The notes beneath the pieces are model-generated. The model made no database searches, was not told the origin of the DNA, and was given only the letters and a program-made list of their open reading frames with translations. A stretch of DNA of 64,000 bases from the human T2T-CHM13v2.0 reference genome, Homo sapiens. Every line of letters starts with the position of its first letter. Positions within the stretch are counted from its first letter, which is position 1. Below, piece by piece: positions 20,905-50,832 of the stretch. The position numbers and the translations under genes were made by a program. The DNA lies in assembly GCF_009914755.1 (NCBI RefSeq), contig NC_060931.1. One strand, written 5' to 3'.

Positions 20905-22639
20905 GTAAGTGACAGACACACGCAGGGCTGCAAGGCTAGGAGCTCCCTCTGTGAGGGAGGAACAAGGACACTTCACAGCTTTCACTTGAGTGGATCCAAG
21001 AGAATGTTTTGTGAAAGTGGCAAAAGAGGTAAAACGGCTTTTTCGCTGCAGAAGTAAAGTGGGACACCCAGCGAGAGCCTTGCTGAGGGAAACCATGCAG
21101 GCTGTGGCCTGGCTCTGGCTGACCAGATGAAGAATGATCCCTTTCTAAGCCTATTATGGCACTAGGATGGTTTTTCAACCCATGATTGTGTTGCGGGTCA
21201 AAGCAGGGTAGCTGTGATGAGCCCCAGGCCTGGACCCACACTAGGGAGTTCAGTGTTGAGGGCAGCGGGCCACCCCCTCCCATCATGGCCAGCAATCGGT
21301 TGTGGACCAGCCAAGAGGCACAGGGGCACCTGGCCGAAAAATTATCCCCAGAGGCAAACATTTAACAGCTGTGATGTCTTAAATAAATATCATTCTTGCT
21401 GAGCAAGGGAAGAAAGAAAAGAATAAACAGAAAAGAGTGGGAGAAAGAAAGAGAACAGAATGCAGATTAGATTTAAGAGGGGCAGATACGATGATGAGGG
21501 GTGGTGTCTAGATCAGTGCAGGAGCACTGAGTAGCTCGCTGGGGCTAAGCGGGCCCCACCATCAGACCCGTCCCTAGAGCTGGCAGTGAAGATTCCCCTC
21601 TTCTCTAAACGTGCCTAGGGCTTAACGCAGAGGGGAGCCGGGAGTCCTTCAAGAAGCCACGAAGGCTTCACCCTGGCACAGACCCAGAGCAGGCACCCTT
21701 TCCTCACTGGCAGCATCCCCTGCAACATCGGCCTCCCCTCTGCTAGGCAGCCCATAGGGCCCAGGGAGGGCACAGAACCGAGCCATGGAGGAAGGGTGAT
21801 GAGGAGAGGGAGCTGCCTGACTCACCCCGTCCTCAGTCACTTGGATCACGGGTGGGCAGGCCTGCAGATGATGAATCACTGAGAGCTGTGAACGCTATTC
21901 TGAGCTCTGCCAAGAACACGAGTGCTCTTGTTGGCACCCTGGCACCCTTCACAGTTTCTCTCCTTCCTTGTCTGGCTGCCAGGAGACATGCATTGTAGGA
22001 ACTGGGTATCTGAGAGGTTTTTTTTTTAGCCCAACACAGAAACCATCTAACTCTTTCTATTCTTCCTGCTTCTTAACCAGTTCTTGGAAGTCACTGATTG
22101 GAAACCGGAACTGAAAGCCACCTCCTTCCCAGCCTAGCTGAGACAGCCTTGCTGAGAAGCCATTCCAGGGCAGGGCAGACCTTATGGAATTTACCAAATG
22201 AATCACCTGGCTACGTGTTTGGCTATGTGTCTGAAAGTACCCAGGAATTATGTCAGTTAAGTTCTAGATTCTATAAGGAAAAATCAGACCGGCACCTAGA
22301 GCTCTGTAACTGCACAACACATGAGTTAATTTCTCAATCTATCTGGTTCCCATACAGTCTATGAGAACTTTTATCCACTTTCATCTTTCATCCATAGAAA
22401 GAGTTAAATGCTGTACAGACTAAATCAAACCCACCACATGCTGCTGGGCTCAGCTACCAGGAATTTAAATAAGAACCTGCCTGTGTGACATTCTCACGCT
22501 CCTGTGTATTAAATTGCAAGGGGATCCACAGGGGAAAGTAAGCTGTCCTTCACCTTCTCACTGTCTTGTGTCACAAGCCCTTGGGAATGGGTATTTGGAA
22601 AAGCAAAGGTCATGCCTGTATGCTTCAGGAAGATGAGGA

Positions 22640-24660
<2,021 letters not shown>

Positions 24661-24824
24661 ATTAAATTCAATTTAATCTCACTCTATCTAACACTCAATA
24701 TTTTCTGGTGAAATTAACGAACGAATCAATTCAAATCCAAGTCTGATTCTGAGGTTCTCATTCTTTCCACTACACAGAGCAGAAAGAGAAACAGGATGGT
24801 GCAAGATGACAAAAAGGCAAGAGG

Positions 24825-29550
<4,726 letters not shown>

Positions 29551-29699
29551 GAGAGTTGTTTAATACTATTAATTGCAAACAGTACATCCATAGAAGAAAA
29601 GTGCAGCCTCTGCTTACTAACAGGTCTCTGGTCTGTCTCAGATTTTATAGCTAGAGATGAGGATTCGTGCAGGATCTCACACTTAATCCAGCAAGTAAG

Positions 29700-31720
<2,021 letters not shown>

Positions 31721-32429
31721 AGGACCCACGTCTTCTGAGACTTTAGCACAGGCTGAGTCAGGGATTTTGAGGCTGAACTGTCTCAGTGGACGATCTCCAG
31801 GTCCTCTGCATCTTCCAGTATAAGGGACTGGGAGGTTACCAGCGGAAATAGGAGGCCAGGGGAGGGAACCGAGGACTTACACAGAGGGGAAACAGAGAGA
31901 GAATAACTAGCCAGGAGGACATCTAAACAAACGGATATAAAGTGAGACTGAAATAAAGAGCGTGCAGCACTTTCCTTCAAACAAGTGCAGCAGGCAGTGT
32001 CTGGGACTTTGTCTCCCCCTGCTGAGCCAAGAGGTATGAATGGTCCGCCACGGGGAAAGGGTTTTCACAGGCCAAGAACTGCTTCTTTGGGAAGGAAAAC
32101 ATAACCAACGGTATAAAAATCTCCTTCTCTCTCACAACCACCACGACCCTGAAGCATTAAAGAAGCTGGTAGACAGTGACATGGCTGTGCCAAGACCAGA
32201 TGCGTGTGGAAGGGGACAGCAAAGGGGACAGCACTGGGCACCCCATGGCCACTCTTGCCAAGATTTCTCTGAAAGCTTCTTCCCTTCACCACCAATCCAA
32301 CCCCTTTATCCAGAGGCTGTGCCAATGGCCTCTCACGGATTGCAGAGCCTGGGGCTGGGAGGGTGGGGGCAGGAAGTTAGGGATCCTCCCTCAGGTCATG
32401 ACACAGGCTTGCTTCTCAAAAGATCTGTT

Positions 32430-35328
<2,899 letters not shown>

Positions 35329-37466
35329 ACAGTATTTCACATTTAATTTGATTTATTCTAGACATAAGCTGAAACAAACTTTATGTCGCCAGAAATGGCC
35401 TAAGGAAAAGCACAAGATTGTGCTTTGACTCTAAAGGCACAGAAGAGGCAAGGTGGGAAGGAACATCAGCCGGTGGTGATGAAATGGCTGCTGTGTCCTG
35501 GGCCAGGGTGCCGACTCCTGTGACTCTCACAATTTAATTGAGGAAATGAGAACTTAGCCAGAAACAATCGAGAACAAAATAAGGCAATAAAACCAATCAG
35601 CCTGGGGCAGACTGTGTGGTCTAAGGATAAGGGCTCTCAAGAGAAGTTTCCAGAAGGAAAATAGCATTACTAGCAGGGTTACCGGGAAAAGCTTCATGGA
35701 GGTGGGCAATGAAGGGGGACTATGACGGATGAAGAGAGTTTGAATGCTTGGAAGGGACAGGCCAAGTAAAAACACGCAGCAGGAATAAAGCTAGCAGCTT
35801 GAGTAACATAGAGATTTGTACTGGAGCAAAAGAGCTCACTGTTCGCTGCCGCTGAGCCCTCAGGGAGAGCTGGCGAGGCTGCCAAGAGCCAGAGGAGAGG
35901 AGAATGCACTCAAAACCCACGTAGTCCGAGAACCTGGGCAGCGCCGACAGTCTGCGGCCATTAATTGCAGGCGTGCAGCGTCCTGAGTAAAGCAGGTGGC
36001 GGGGCAGTGTGCAGGGTCAGGGAGGAACTTTGCCTTGGCCTGCTCTGCCCACACTCCACTCTTGAATCTTCCTCCCACCCTTCCCAACACACTCCACATT
36101 TATTCCGCACCAACCATGCGAGGAGCTGGGCACTGCAAAAAAACAGCAGCAGTCTCCCTGGGGAGTTAGATACAAAAATAGGGAAGACAGAAACAGCTAA
36201 GCACCAAATAAGCAACACTGACATTACCACCAAGGGAAGGAGAGACGGTAGAGAAGGAAGGACTAGCATGGCTGGTTGGGAAAGGTTCCTCAGATGAGAT
36301 GGTGCTTGGCCAAGCCTTGAGGGAAAATTAAGATTCATGAAGCTGGGAGCAAAACAGGGGTATTAAAGAGAGGTGTCAATCAAGACAAGAAGGTATGAAT
36401 ATGAATGCACAACTGCCCTTTGCAGTGAGTAATGAGCTAACTGGTCTGATGCTGCAGAAGGTTCGTGTAGACAGGCAATGGGAGGGTCAGTACAGAAAGC
36501 GATGAAACTGAATTCTGCAGAATCTCAATCACAGGCACTTGATTCTCTTGACCAAGGTTTCTAACTTTGTGGTCCAATGATGAGCTTCAAGTTTTGGCTC
36601 ATGAACACCCAATGAGAAAATTGCGAATACTTTTTCATATAAGCATTTCAATCTGGGAGACATTAAGTGGCTTTCAGATTCTCAAAAGGGTTTATGACCT
36701 AAAGAGTTGAAAACGATTAATGCAGCAAACTGGCAGAATGGTCTGTGTGGGGAGGGGAGAAGGGGTTGGGATTATATAAGTCGAGCCCATTCCCCTCCCC
36801 TGAGACCAGCTGTTCTTAACTATACACCAGATAGTCATTAACAAACAGATGCCATTCCTCTCTTTAGTGGCTTCTTGTTCATTAAGTACTTGACAGGGTT
36901 ATTGGTAGATTACAAAAATAGCTCATCAGGGAAAGTAGAAAGGAGACCAGTGCAGGCAGAGCAGAGGAGAGAACCCAGGAAAAGGGATAGTCAGTAAGAA
37001 GATTCGATAAATTAAAATGCCAGAGAAGCCAAAGAAGAAAAAGTCCTGGGAAAGATGAAGTGGTTACAGGTGTCAAGCACAAATATGGGATGAGGGGGGA
37101 AAAAGTCTCAAAATTCAATGACCCTCAATGCATGGCTTCTGTAGGGTGATGAGAGGCCAGAGGCTAGAGATAAGGGGTCCAAATCAGGACACTTGGAGAG
37201 CAAAAGGAAGTGCCATTGATAATTACGGTGAATGACAGGTATAAGTCAGGACTGTCCTGGGCCAACAGATAGACAGGTAGCTACCTAGTTGAGGAGGAAA
37301 TGAGTAGTATAGATGGGAAGGCAGCAGATACTGTCTATTAGCTCAAAGGGTTTAGCTGCAAAAAGAAAACTAGGACATTAGTCAGAAAAGCCAGTAGGGA
37401 AAAGAAAAGGCTTTACCGTGTATTGATTTGGGAGACAGGAGGACTTCTGGAGGTTCTGAAGAAGGG

Positions 37467-38872
<1,406 letters not shown>

Positions 38873-39336
38873 TTTTTTAAATGGTTTCATTTCAGTACAG
38901 CTCGGGGGCCATAGAAAGGTCAGGGGAACAGTCACCGATCTAAGGTTCAACTGGGTAAGAAAACATTGGCTGGCGTGGGGACACAAAGATGAGACCACAC
39001 CCACAGTGCAGCCGGAAAGGAAACTCTGAGCCAAACGCCAGCCAAGAGGTTCAATGAGAAAACAGACGGCCCTTAACTTACAACCGGGCAATTCATCCAA
39101 ACCGAGCACAGTCTTCCACAGTGGGAAAGGGCAAGTTTTCACAGAACAGATGGAAATGAAGCCACCCCAGCACCTCAGGTGAGGGAGCACGTGACCCAGC
39201 AATGCTGTGGGTCAGCGTGGGCTCACCCGGGAGCGCTCAGTATCAGGAAACATGAGGGCACCGATCACATTCTAAATCTCAGTGCTCATGGTATATAGAT
39301 TTAAGTAACGAAATGGAGATTCATTATAAAAGTCAG

Positions 39337-39342
39337 TTTATT
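39337..39342 (-). terminator. Polyadenylation signal AATAAA
   Basis: tttatt on + strand at 39337-39342, followed on the minus strand by U-rich sequence (ccatttcgttactt). Confidence 0.8.
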
Positions 39343-39697
39343 TTCCCTTTCTGTGTTTCGTATTTTCCCTTTTTGTCAGTAAATGAGCAATACACTGACT
39401 GGAAATCTGCATGATTAAATAACATTAACAAGTTCATAAACACACCCCATATCAGAGTATAAAGCAAGAGGTTGAAAAATATCCCCTAACCGAATGCAAA
39501 TTAGGTATCCCTCAAAATTGCACATTCTCCTCCTAGTTTGCTTGCATAATTTAAAATATGTATATACAGAATGATCTTAAAATATTGATAACTAGTATGG
39601 AATTCACAGCCCTGAAGATATATATACTCTACATTTTTCTAAAGAACGGACACCCCTCAGGCCCTAGTAATCCATTCATGTGATTCAATGTCATGTA

Positions 39698-39982
39698 CAG
39701 ACAGTCCTCAGCTTCTGATTTTTGGACTTTACAATGGTGTGAAATGGTTGCAATTTCAACATAATGTACAATATTCAATAAATTACATGATATATTCAAC
39801 ACTCGATTATAAAATAGAGTTTGTGTTAGATGATTCTGCCCAACTGTGGGCAATTCTAAGTGTTCTGAGTACATTTAGGGTGGACGAGGCTAAGCTGTGG
39901 TGTCCAGTCAGGGGTATTAAATGCATTTGACTTCCAATGGGTTTACTGGGACATAACCCCATCATAAGTCAAAGAGCATCTG
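39698..39982 (-). mobile_element. Tigger4/MER46-like Tc1-mariner MITE in the SLC37A3 3'UTR
   Basis: TA-flanked; minus strand starts CAGATGCTCTTTGACTTATGATGGGGTTATGTCCCAGTAAACCCAT; imperfect TIR cagacagtcctcagcttctgat. Confidence 0.85.
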
Positions 39983-40168
39983 TACTTGACACTTACTAGA
40001 AGAAAAGGTCTTTCCCTTTTCTCTAATTCTAGTCTTCTGCTGAGGTAACTCCAGGAAGCTGGTTGTGCCAGAGATCAATCCTCTAAAAATAGACTAAGCA
40101 GATTAGCTTCCTAGAGGATCCTAAAGTTCCCAGACAACAAATCTGGGATGGAGTGCTTCGGCTGTGAG

Positions 40169-40258
40169 TTACACGTCGGAATGTTCAAGATAAATGATGT
40201 ACCTTATGGTCCTTTACACGTCAGAATGTTCAAGATAACTGATGTACCTTATGGTCCT
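40169..40258. repeat. 45-bp tandem duplication (2 copies, 2 mismatches)
   Basis: ttacacgtc[g/a]gaatgttcaagataa[a/c]tgatgtaccttatggtcct at 40169-40213 and 40214-40258. Confidence 0.95.
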
Positions 40259-40980
40259 TGAAAGGAAGACTCAATACTTCCAGGAGTCAAAGTTAATTTG
40301 AATGAAAATGGAAGAGAACAAGTTGACAATAATTTGAAGCAATTCATGCTTCTAGGGCTGAATGACGTTTAGATCAGACACAGAGTGACTGAGCCAATCA
40401 ACAGGCATGTAGTGTGATCTTTCCCACCACAGTGAACAGAGGGATTCTTTGTCCAAGGCAGGCTTGCAGCTCGGTCCAGCTTGAGCATTTGATCAGGATT
40501 TGATGCTTCAAAGATGACCCACTCTCTGTAAACTCATTACCAAAGCAAAATGCAATGATCTCTTCCATTTGTGGAACATACCACCAACACAAACCACGCG
40601 TGGCTTTGCCTCCTGTTCACTCCATTTTCAAGGCTAGAGAAAGTTCAAGTCCAAAACAACAGTTAAGGTTAAAACGCTAAACCTCAATAGGCCAAACAAA
40701 GACGCGGGCAGAGTCAGAGGTCAAAGATGCTGGCAGAGTCAGAAGTCACTCGGCACATTCATGAAACAACAGCAAAAATCATCAACAGTAATTCCTGTAG
40801 TGTAGAAAACTAGTGCAGCCTTCACTGCTGGTCAGCATCTCAGGTGGCTGGCAGTGTTGAGAGACGCCTGACAATCCAAGATCAGGCTGGAGCTCCTAGA
40901 CAAACCCAAATTAGGGCAGACTCGAAGCCCCAGCGGTCCTGATGTGGCTGACATTGTTCTTTCTGTCTCGCGGGCACCGG

Positions 40981-41073
40981 TCACTCCCTCAATATGTGAG
41001 CCTGTCTCCTTAGCACGAGAGAGAATATTTCCCTCACTATTAATGGCGAGATAAACACAATTGTACAACTTGT
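40981..41073 (-). CDS. SLC37A3: SLC37A3 last exon, coding part: TSCTIVFISPLIVREIFSLVLRRQAHILRE*
   Basis: ttttctctttacag|ACA; TGA at 40983-40981; the frame is continuous with all upstream exons. Confidence 0.95.
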   Translation of the reverse strand, partial: TSCTIVFISPLIVREIFSLVLRRQAHILRE

Positions 41074-41767
41074 CTGTAAAGAGAAAATAGTATTAAATAT
41101 GCAGCAACAGTTTACTTCTGTTAGAGTGTCATGTTTTGAACATAATAATGGATTTGGACAATTACATTCATTTTGACTTCATACAAAGATAATGTTTAAT
41201 CTTCAATGAATTAGAAAATGATTTTGAAAATTATGGCTAATATTACAAAACACTCAACATCACATTTCAGTTCCCAAAAAAAGAACAATACATACAAATA
41301 ATTTGCCATAGGCGGAGCAGAGAACTGAGACCAGAGGCTCAGATGAACAACAGTGATCCTTATAATAGATAAAAGTTTTCTTTCTACTACAGTTCCTAGT
41401 ATGATCACATCAGAAAGTTCATCACAAGATACTTCCCGCTACTTAGCATGGATGTCAGAAATGGAACACAAGTTACATGGGCCCAGTCTTTAGAAGCTAG
41501 ATGGGAATTAGATGAAAGCTCCAAGGTATTCCTGGAGCTGGACTATCCTGGGGCTCCTTGACCACAGCAAGAGGACAGCTGCCTGGAGTACGGGTGGTGG
41601 AAGCTGCCTTCAATTACAGTGCCCTGGATTTGGGGACAGGATACTGAATGCGTCCCTGGTGCCTTCCAGACTCTCTCAGGTAGACCTGTCTTGAGCACTG
41701 TCCCACAATAACGTGCCTGAGTATGTCACAGCTCATAACAGAGAGCAATATTTTAAAAGCACAAAGC

Positions 41768-42720
<953 letters not shown>

Positions 42721-42853
42721 CTAATAAAATGTTACTTTTCACAAAGGAGCCTTTAAAAGCAATCAACAATTTTGCTGAAGTGACTTAAGTAAGTGCTTTG
42801 AACTTAATTAACAGAAAAATGACTTTTTTTTTTTTAAAGGGGCACACACTTAC

Positions 42854-42919
42854 CATGAGAATGAAAAAGTAGAAAACCCACATCCATCCTAGCTTGTCCC
42901 GGATCAGAGACACTAAATA
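42854..42919 (-). CDS. SLC37A3: SLC37A3 penultimate coding exon (66 nt): YLVSLIRDKLGWMWVFYFFILM
   Basis: ttttttttcctccctttcag|TAT ... ATG|gtaagt; phase 0-0. Confidence 0.95.
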
Positions 42920-43400
42920 CTGAAAGGGAGGAAAAAAAAATTACAATATAATTCTTTATAATTCATAAAAGGAAGCAGCTAAAAAGTAGATTAAACATGG
43001 CTATTTTAGAAAATAAGAAGGGAACAGGATTTGTATGTTTTGCAGTTTACAAAGCTCTTCCACATACATGTGCCTGCTGTGATTAATGGCCCATTTAAGC
43101 ATGCAGAGTCCAAATGGAAAAACCGTATAATAGAAGTTGTCAGTTCAGAAGGTTTATTTTTATTCACTTTGCTATTTAGAGAGGAAGATGAACATCCGCA
43201 AGCCACTCCCATTTAATCATTCTTTCTTCCAATGAAAGGTACTATAATTGATGCCTCAAAAATAGTTTGTCTTTAAGTATGCCACTCATTTTCCAATTAG
43301 GCTGTTTGCTCACAGTGTTGCAGTACTACCTTTGCATCCTACAGCATATTCTTTTATTTTACTTTCAATTACTGAAAAGGATCTAATTGCACTTATTTAA

Positions 43401-46020
<2,620 letters not shown>

Positions 46021-46189
46021 AAAAGGGTAGCATTCTTCAATCACATTATTACTGAAATGTACAAGTGAAAAAAATTAATGCAGAACGACTATGTGATTTA
46101 TATTAGATCACATCATGTGTAGCAAAAAAGCAGAGGTCTCATCATCCACTACAGGAAGCATGGGGGGCTCCAAACTGACTGCAACTTTG

Positions 46190-46802
<613 letters not shown>

Positions 46803-47589
46803 TCATGTACAAGTTTTAATGTGGACATTTGTTCTCATTTCTCTTGGGCAGATACTGCAATTTAATCTTACTGAACCCCTAGTATGTGTCAACAAAAGCA
46901 CTAAGCATTGGGAATACAAAGACGAAGGAAACAAGCAGAGCACCTGTCACGGTGCATCACCTTTACACCGTGACAGGTGCCTACTACAGAACCGCATCAA
47001 CTGCTATGGCAACCTGAAGAAGAAACAATTCTTTACTTGGGAAGTCAGGGAAAGACGGGGTAACAAAGTTATTCAGGGTAAATTAGTACACTGGCTAAGG
47101 ACAGAGCTGATAGAGGTTAACGCTAAGTCACAGAGTTTGGGATTTCACCCCTTAGGCAATGGGAAATCATTCAAAACTCAACATGGAAGAGGAATGAGTA
47201 AAGCTAACAGTGATTTACTCCAGACGTGCTTCCCCAACCATGAAGGTCAGTCTAGGACCCAAGTTCACAGTGAGGGATCTGGATACTGGCAGGTGAGGCA
47301 ATCTGAATAAAAGCAAATTCTCTGAAATACTCATTATAATGCACCCATTTAGTTAGTGAAGAAAACATTCGTAAGGAAGGATAACTTAAAATAATATAAT
47401 GTCAGAAAAGGATGCCCAATGCAGCCACTCTCTACCCCATAGGTGAAGACGTCTGAACTGATGGCTGGGAGCATTTTTCGATTCCCGCTCCAGGGCATGA
47501 TCAGGTAAGCGTATTTTTCAAGGCTTTGCTAAGGTTTTTGTTTCTTTGGGGTTTTTTGCCCTTTAGTCTTATAATCAAATATGCCAAGC

Positions 47590-48480
47590 ATATCAGTCAT
47601 TCATTCCACAAGTAATGTCTACTGTGTGCCAGGCACTGTTCTAGGTACTAAGGTGACAGAAGAACATACAACAAAATGCTGCGCTCAGGAAGCTTATGTT
47701 ACAGTGGGAGAGACAGACATTAACAAGTGCATATAGACTATTAAAATACGGCTAGGTAGTCAAAGTATTAACATGGCTTACTTTACCTCAATACTTATCT
47801 CTCATTAACCACTAGCAATCAGACATCAGCAATTCACCCCCATCAAGCAAGTAACAATAATCTTCAAGGTTATTAATGACCTCCTAGATGTCAAAACTAA
47901 GAGCCTAAAAGACAAATCCTTCAGTTCTCTTTCTCCTGACCTCTCTACATCCATGACCTTACTAACGTCTTCTCAAACGCAGTTCCCTTGACTACAGGTT
48001 ACTCTGCTGCCTTCCTCTTTCTTTGACCACTGGGCATTCCCTGAGACTCGGCCAACATTCTCTTTCCCTATTAAATGTTTCATTCACTTCCACAGGTTCA
48101 ACTATTTTTATCCATACAGATGACTCTCAGATCCATCTTTCTACAAAATTAGTACTCTACAATCTGTAGTGGTATATCCTAGAAGAGGCATGACTCATGA
48201 CTCTGCCAGAAAAGAAATATCTGTCCCAGAGAAAGTTGAATTTATGCAAAAAAAAAAAGGTCAATGTAAATAATTCTAAGTATAGTAGGCCAATCTTAGT
48301 GTAGGGATCTCAAACATCTGAGTGCGGAAGAATCACCAAGAAGCCTTGTTGAAAATACAGATCTGTAGGTTCGAACTCAGCAAGTCTGTAGTATGCTTGG
48401 TGTTCTGTACTTTAATGAGTGTCCCAGATGATTCTGATACCAGACACTTATGGGCCACTCTTTGAGATACAGTCAGAGAT
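47590..48480. mobile_element. L2 fragments (47590-48150) and MER5-like MITE (~48305-48470)
   Basis: tcattcattccacaag..ctactgtgtgccaggcactgttctagg (L2 3' end); gaatcacc..ttgttgaaaatacagat..cccagatgattctgat (MER5). Confidence 0.65.
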
Positions 48481-48980
48481 TTTTGGATACACAGGAAGCA
48501 GAGCGAGTGATTCAGAAGCAGCTGCAGAGTCCATGGCCATGTCTGGCGGGGCCCAGGAAGGAACGTGTATGCAGTAGAATGTCTGGGAGAGGGAGACGGG
48601 AGACAGCAATGGTGGGGTCCACATGCCAGGTGGGGATAACAAGAAGCACCCCCCACCACGGAATACCAAGTTCAGCCTGGAAAGAAAGAAGGGGATGGTG
48701 GGCTGGGGCAGAAGGATCTGTCTGTCTTACGAGGTCTTAGCTTATTTGCAGACAGGAAGAATCTAGAAGTATAAGTAGAAAAAAGGAACTAAAAACAATG
48801 GAGAGTCCTTCTACATTAGGACGCATCAGCTGGTCCTGAGGGGAGACGGAAGTCCTTGGGCTCTGGGAACAGCGTTCTACAGCACAAGAGTGCCACCTAC
48901 TGAGGCCCAGAGGGCAGGTTCACATTCAGCCGCCTTTGAGGGAAGACACTAGAATCCCAGCCCCTCTCCTGTTCTCTCAC

Positions 48981-49132
48981 CTGGCCCACTGCAGCTCCAA
49001 TGCTCCCCGAACCATCCACAATTCCTGTGACAGTGGCCAAAGCTTCACTGCTCCTTTGGATGAGCTCCTGGCGACCCAAGTCCGCAGAAATAGCAGAACT
49101 AATCATATTAGAAGGTCCACCAATAAAAAATC
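48981..49132 (-). CDS. SLC37A3: SLC37A3 coding exon (152 nt): FFIGGPSNMISSAISADLGRQELIQRSSEALATVTGIVDGSGSIGAAVGQ
   Basis: gacttcag|GAT ... CAG|gtgaga; ORF 48897..49166(-); the ATVTGIVDGSGSIGAA motif is typical of SLC37. Confidence 0.96.
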
Positions 49133-49671
49133 CTGAAGTCATAAACAGGTTCTTATTAAAACACAATTCACAACCACTAGCAATCTACTGCATAAGGCAA
49201 AATAATATCCGAATAGTTTTCTTAATATGTTGGAGAGAAGTGGAAAAAAAAGGAAACCCCCAGATAGTATCATTTTCAAACTATTAGTAGTTAACATCCA
49301 CGTACCTGAAATCCCTTCTCGAATTATGTGACACTCTAGTATATTTTGTAGAACCCAAAGATACAAAAATAGTGAAACACATAGCCCTTCTAATCCTGTG
49401 AAGTTTACATTCATTAATAACTAATTGCACTAGCTTGTCAAATAAATTCTATTACGGTAGTTGCATCATATGATCATTCCACTACACAAATTCAACCAGG
49501 AATATTGAAAAAAAAGAGCAAAGAGGAAAAAGCCACTGCAATGGAGCAGGTGACTCTATCTGCCACTGCTCTCAGTGAGGCTGCCCATGAATCAGGCATG
49601 CGATGGCCCAGGTGAATCTGGTCCCACTGCTGGAATCAGTTCCATGTACCCCAAGTAGAATGAGCAGCTCA

Positions 49672-50386
<715 letters not shown>

Positions 50387-50784
50387 CTATTTTATCTAGT
50401 GCTCAAGTGACAAAATGCTGACCAATTCCAACACAGGAGGAGACACGAGCTATTGTGGATTTTTTTGAAAGCTGGTGAATTGGTCTCCCATGTGGCATTT
50501 TTCTAAGTCACTTTTAGAGGTAAGAGCAGAAGCTGGGGCAGCAATCAAAAATCGTAGAAAATCTCTGTCAATAGGGACCGCTTCTGTCACAATAGGACTG
50601 AGGAGGTCATGTAAGAAACAGCAGAGAAAAAGAATCTGGAAAAGGAGGCGTTTTTCCTTTTAAAATTTGAATTCTCTGTAATTAAGGTTTCGGTACTACT
50701 CAAATTGAGGGAGAAAACAGTTTCCCTTTTCCTCTGAATTTACAGAGTAACAGAAGCATGGTGGAGCAGAGCCATGTGCCGTAC

Positions 50785-50832
50785 CTGTAACAGTCATCAG
50801 AAGGGCATTGATGGACTTATCATTTGGAGAAC
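50785..50832 (-). CDS. SLC37A3: SLC37A3 coding exon (48 nt): SPNDKSINALLMTVT(G)
   Basis: cttccctcacag|GTT ... ACAG|gtacgg; phase 1-1; within ORF 50696..50896(-). Confidence 0.94.

Larger units (their letters stand above)
39320..40980 (-). other. SLC37A3: SLC37A3 3'UTR (~1.66 kb)
   Basis: Alu-free stretch between the stop codon and the first minus-strand AATAAA I found; cleavage site inferred ~15-20 nt downstream of the hexamer. Confidence 0.8.

Noticed and set aside
21819-21830. Minus-strand donor GGG|GTGAGT as an exon of an extended SLC37A3 transcript
   Set aside because: I could not find a convincing matching acceptor; it cannot be supported without transcript data.
40169-40258. Direct repeats as a CRISPR-like array
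   Set aside because: Two abutting copies with no spacers, in a eukaryotic 3'UTR.
40975-40983. Programmed stop-codon readthrough at SLC37A3 TGA-C
   Set aside because: Context is UGA CCGG, not the UGA CUAG motif; no further support visible.
48897-48980. In-frame read-through of the 152-nt exon into the intron (VREQERGWD..PQ*)
   Set aside because: A short chance extension past a good donor, with no nearby poly(A) signal identified.
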